From positions 64,070 through 128,069 of the forward strand of contig CACYGW010000001.1 of NCBI GenBank assembly GCA_902774045.1: DNA of 64,000 nt, written 5' to 3'. Within the stretch, counting starts at the first letter, position 1; each line of letters opens with the position of its first letter. The DNA comes from an uncultured Bacteroidia bacterium (GTDB lineage: Bacteria > Bacteroidota > Bacteroidia > Bacteroidales > UBA932). The notes under the pieces are model-generated. The model did no database searches. It was not told the origin of the DNA and saw only the letters and a program-made list of their open reading frames with translations. Shown one piece after another: positions 62,900-64,000 of this stretch. Both the position numbers and the translations under genes were made by a program.

Positions 62900-64000
62900 C
62901 TATAACTTATTCTGCTTGAGCTTCTCTATGTACCGGTCTATCCGGTGAAGCTCTTTAGGAATATCGATACTTTGCGGGCAGTGCTGAAGGCATTGCCCGC
63001 AGCCTATACAGTGGTCTGCCTGACGCAGGGTAGGGATGGCCTTGTCGTAGGAGAGAAGGTAGTTCCTGCGCAGTTTGCTGTAGTTCGCCTGCTCCTGGCT
63101 CTGGGCAACGGTGCCGTCGTTTACGTGCCTGTTGTAGTGCGCAAAAATCTCCGGAATGTCTATTCCGTAAGGGCAGGGCATACAGTAGTTGCAATGGGTA
63201 CAGTTTATTGTGGGATAGGTTGCCATAATGCCTGCCATATCCTTTACAAACTGCAGCTCCTCTTCTGTAAGAGGCTTGAAGCCCAGGAAACTCTTAAGGT
63301 TATCCTCCAGATGCTCGCGGTAAGTCATTCCGCTAAGGATGGTAAGAATCCGGGGGTAACTACCCACAAAGCGGAAGGCCCAGCTGGCTACGCTCTTGTC
63401 CGGCTCGCGCTCCTTGAACTGACGGGTTACATTATCCGGAACAGTGGCAAGACGGCCTCCCAGAAGGGGCTCCATTACCACTATGGGGAGTTCCCTCTTG
63501 TCCAGGCAGTCGTAGAGATAGTCTGCGTTAACGTTACGCTTGCCGTCGGCGTGCTGCCAGTCCATATAGTTCATCTCTATCTGCACGAAGTCCCATTTGT
63601 ACTTGTCGTGAAGGGCTATCATCTCGTCAAACTCAGGCTGGCTGCCGTGGAATGAGAAGCCCATCTGCCTAATCCTTCCGGCCTCGCGCTCCTTGAGCAG
63701 GAAATCCATCATTCCATTTTCCTCGTAGCGCTTGCTGAAGGCCTTGTAGCCGCCGCGTCCGATAGAGTGCATAAGGTAATAGTCAAAGTACTCTGTCTGC
63801 ATCTGCTCAAAAGAGTCGTGATACATCTTCTTGGAGGCCTCCGGGGTGGAATCCCTGAAGTTGGACAACTTAGTGGCTATATAATAAGAGGAGCGGGGAT
63901 GGCGGCTGAGTGCCAGACCGCTGGCCTTCTCTGACTGGCCCTGGAGATAAGCGGGCGAGGTGTCAAAGTAGTTTACTCCGGCCTCTATGGCCCTGTCTAC
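62900..64000 (-). CDS. Aldo/keto reductase with a C-terminal 4Fe-4S cluster domain (5' end outside the window)
   Basis: The minus-strand frame stays open to the window edge (VDRAIEAGVNYFDTSPAYLQGQSEKASGLALSRHPRSSYYIATKLSNFRD...), so the ORF-track start (a TTG at 63868) is internal. The C-terminus has two Cys clusters, CTHCNYCMPCPYG and CIGCGQCLQHCP. Confidence 0.85.
   Translation of the reverse strand, partial: VDRAIEAGVNYFDTSPAYLQGQSEKASGLALSRHPRSSYYIATKLSNFRDSTPEASKKMYHDSFEQMQTEYFDYYLMHSIGRGGYKAFSKRYEENGMMDFLLKEREAGRIRQMGFSFHGSQPEFDEMIALHDKYKWDFVQIEMNYMDWQHADGKRNVNADYLYDCLDKRELPIVVMEPLLGGRLATVPDNVTRQFKEREPDKSVASWAFRFVGSYPRILTILSGMTYREHLEDNLKSFLGFKPLTEEELQFVKDMAGIMATYPTINCTHCNYCMPCPYGIDIPEIFAHYNRHVNDGTVAQSQEQANYSKLRRNYLLSYDKAIPTLRQADHCIGCGQCLQHCPQSIDIPKELHRIDRYIEKLKQNKL

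Overview
This 64-kb segment reads as a Bacteroidota chromosome, probably order Bacteroidales. The evidence is two SusC/SusD pairs, a T9SS C-terminal sorting domain, TAnnTTTG -7 promoter boxes, and the ATP synthase gene order atpDC-atpBEFHAG. It holds about 55 tightly packed protein genes and one tRNA-Ser(GGA). I saw no rRNA, CRISPR array, integrase, transposase or phage genes. In order, the content is as follows. Three tandem GH13 starch enzymes (1-4258). A minus-strand block with a secreted thioredoxin, two paralogous deoxynucleoside kinases, a TGS-uridine-kinase fusion, uvrA, an MBL hydrolase and a GH97 SusB-like glucosidase (4.5-13.7 kb). An AraC regulator, a TonB-dependent receptor, and a sugar MFS transporter with a ROK glucokinase (13.8-19.6 kb). 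miaA, then serC-serA-DUF1015 (22-25.2 kb). An N-glycan-type PUL: SusC/SusD/GH18 plus two DUF1735 proteins (25.4-33.3 kb). Housekeeping genes ispF, mutL, rhomboid, EEP, tsaC, rsmE, rsgA and others (33.5-41.7 kb). The complete F-type ATP synthase operon (41.8-48.4 kb). A DUF1343/NamZ-like gene and a membrane Ser/Thr kinase with an extracytoplasmic FISUMP/DUF1566-like domain (48.4-51.5 kb). tRNA-Ser in an AT-rich gap. A second SusC/SusD pair with a Calx-beta lipoprotein and no glycosidase (52.2-57.7 kb). A tight three-gene operon of unknown secreted protein, PorV/PorQ-like barrel and S8 protease with a T9SS sorting domain (58.6-62.9 kb). Finally a partial aldo/keto reductase with an Fe-S domain. 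Most of the window is ordinary core genome. The parts I consider worth a second look are: (1) the CAZyme-free SusCD locus next to the PorV/Q-like + T9SS protease operon, (2) the kinase-FISUMP fusion, (3) a structured palindromic intergenic repeat family with a locally amplified arm, (4) a roughly 120-aa acidic insertion in the MFS sugar transporter, and (5) a small protein with a 12-bp tandem coding repeat. All family assignments come from motif and architecture recognition by eye. No database search was run.
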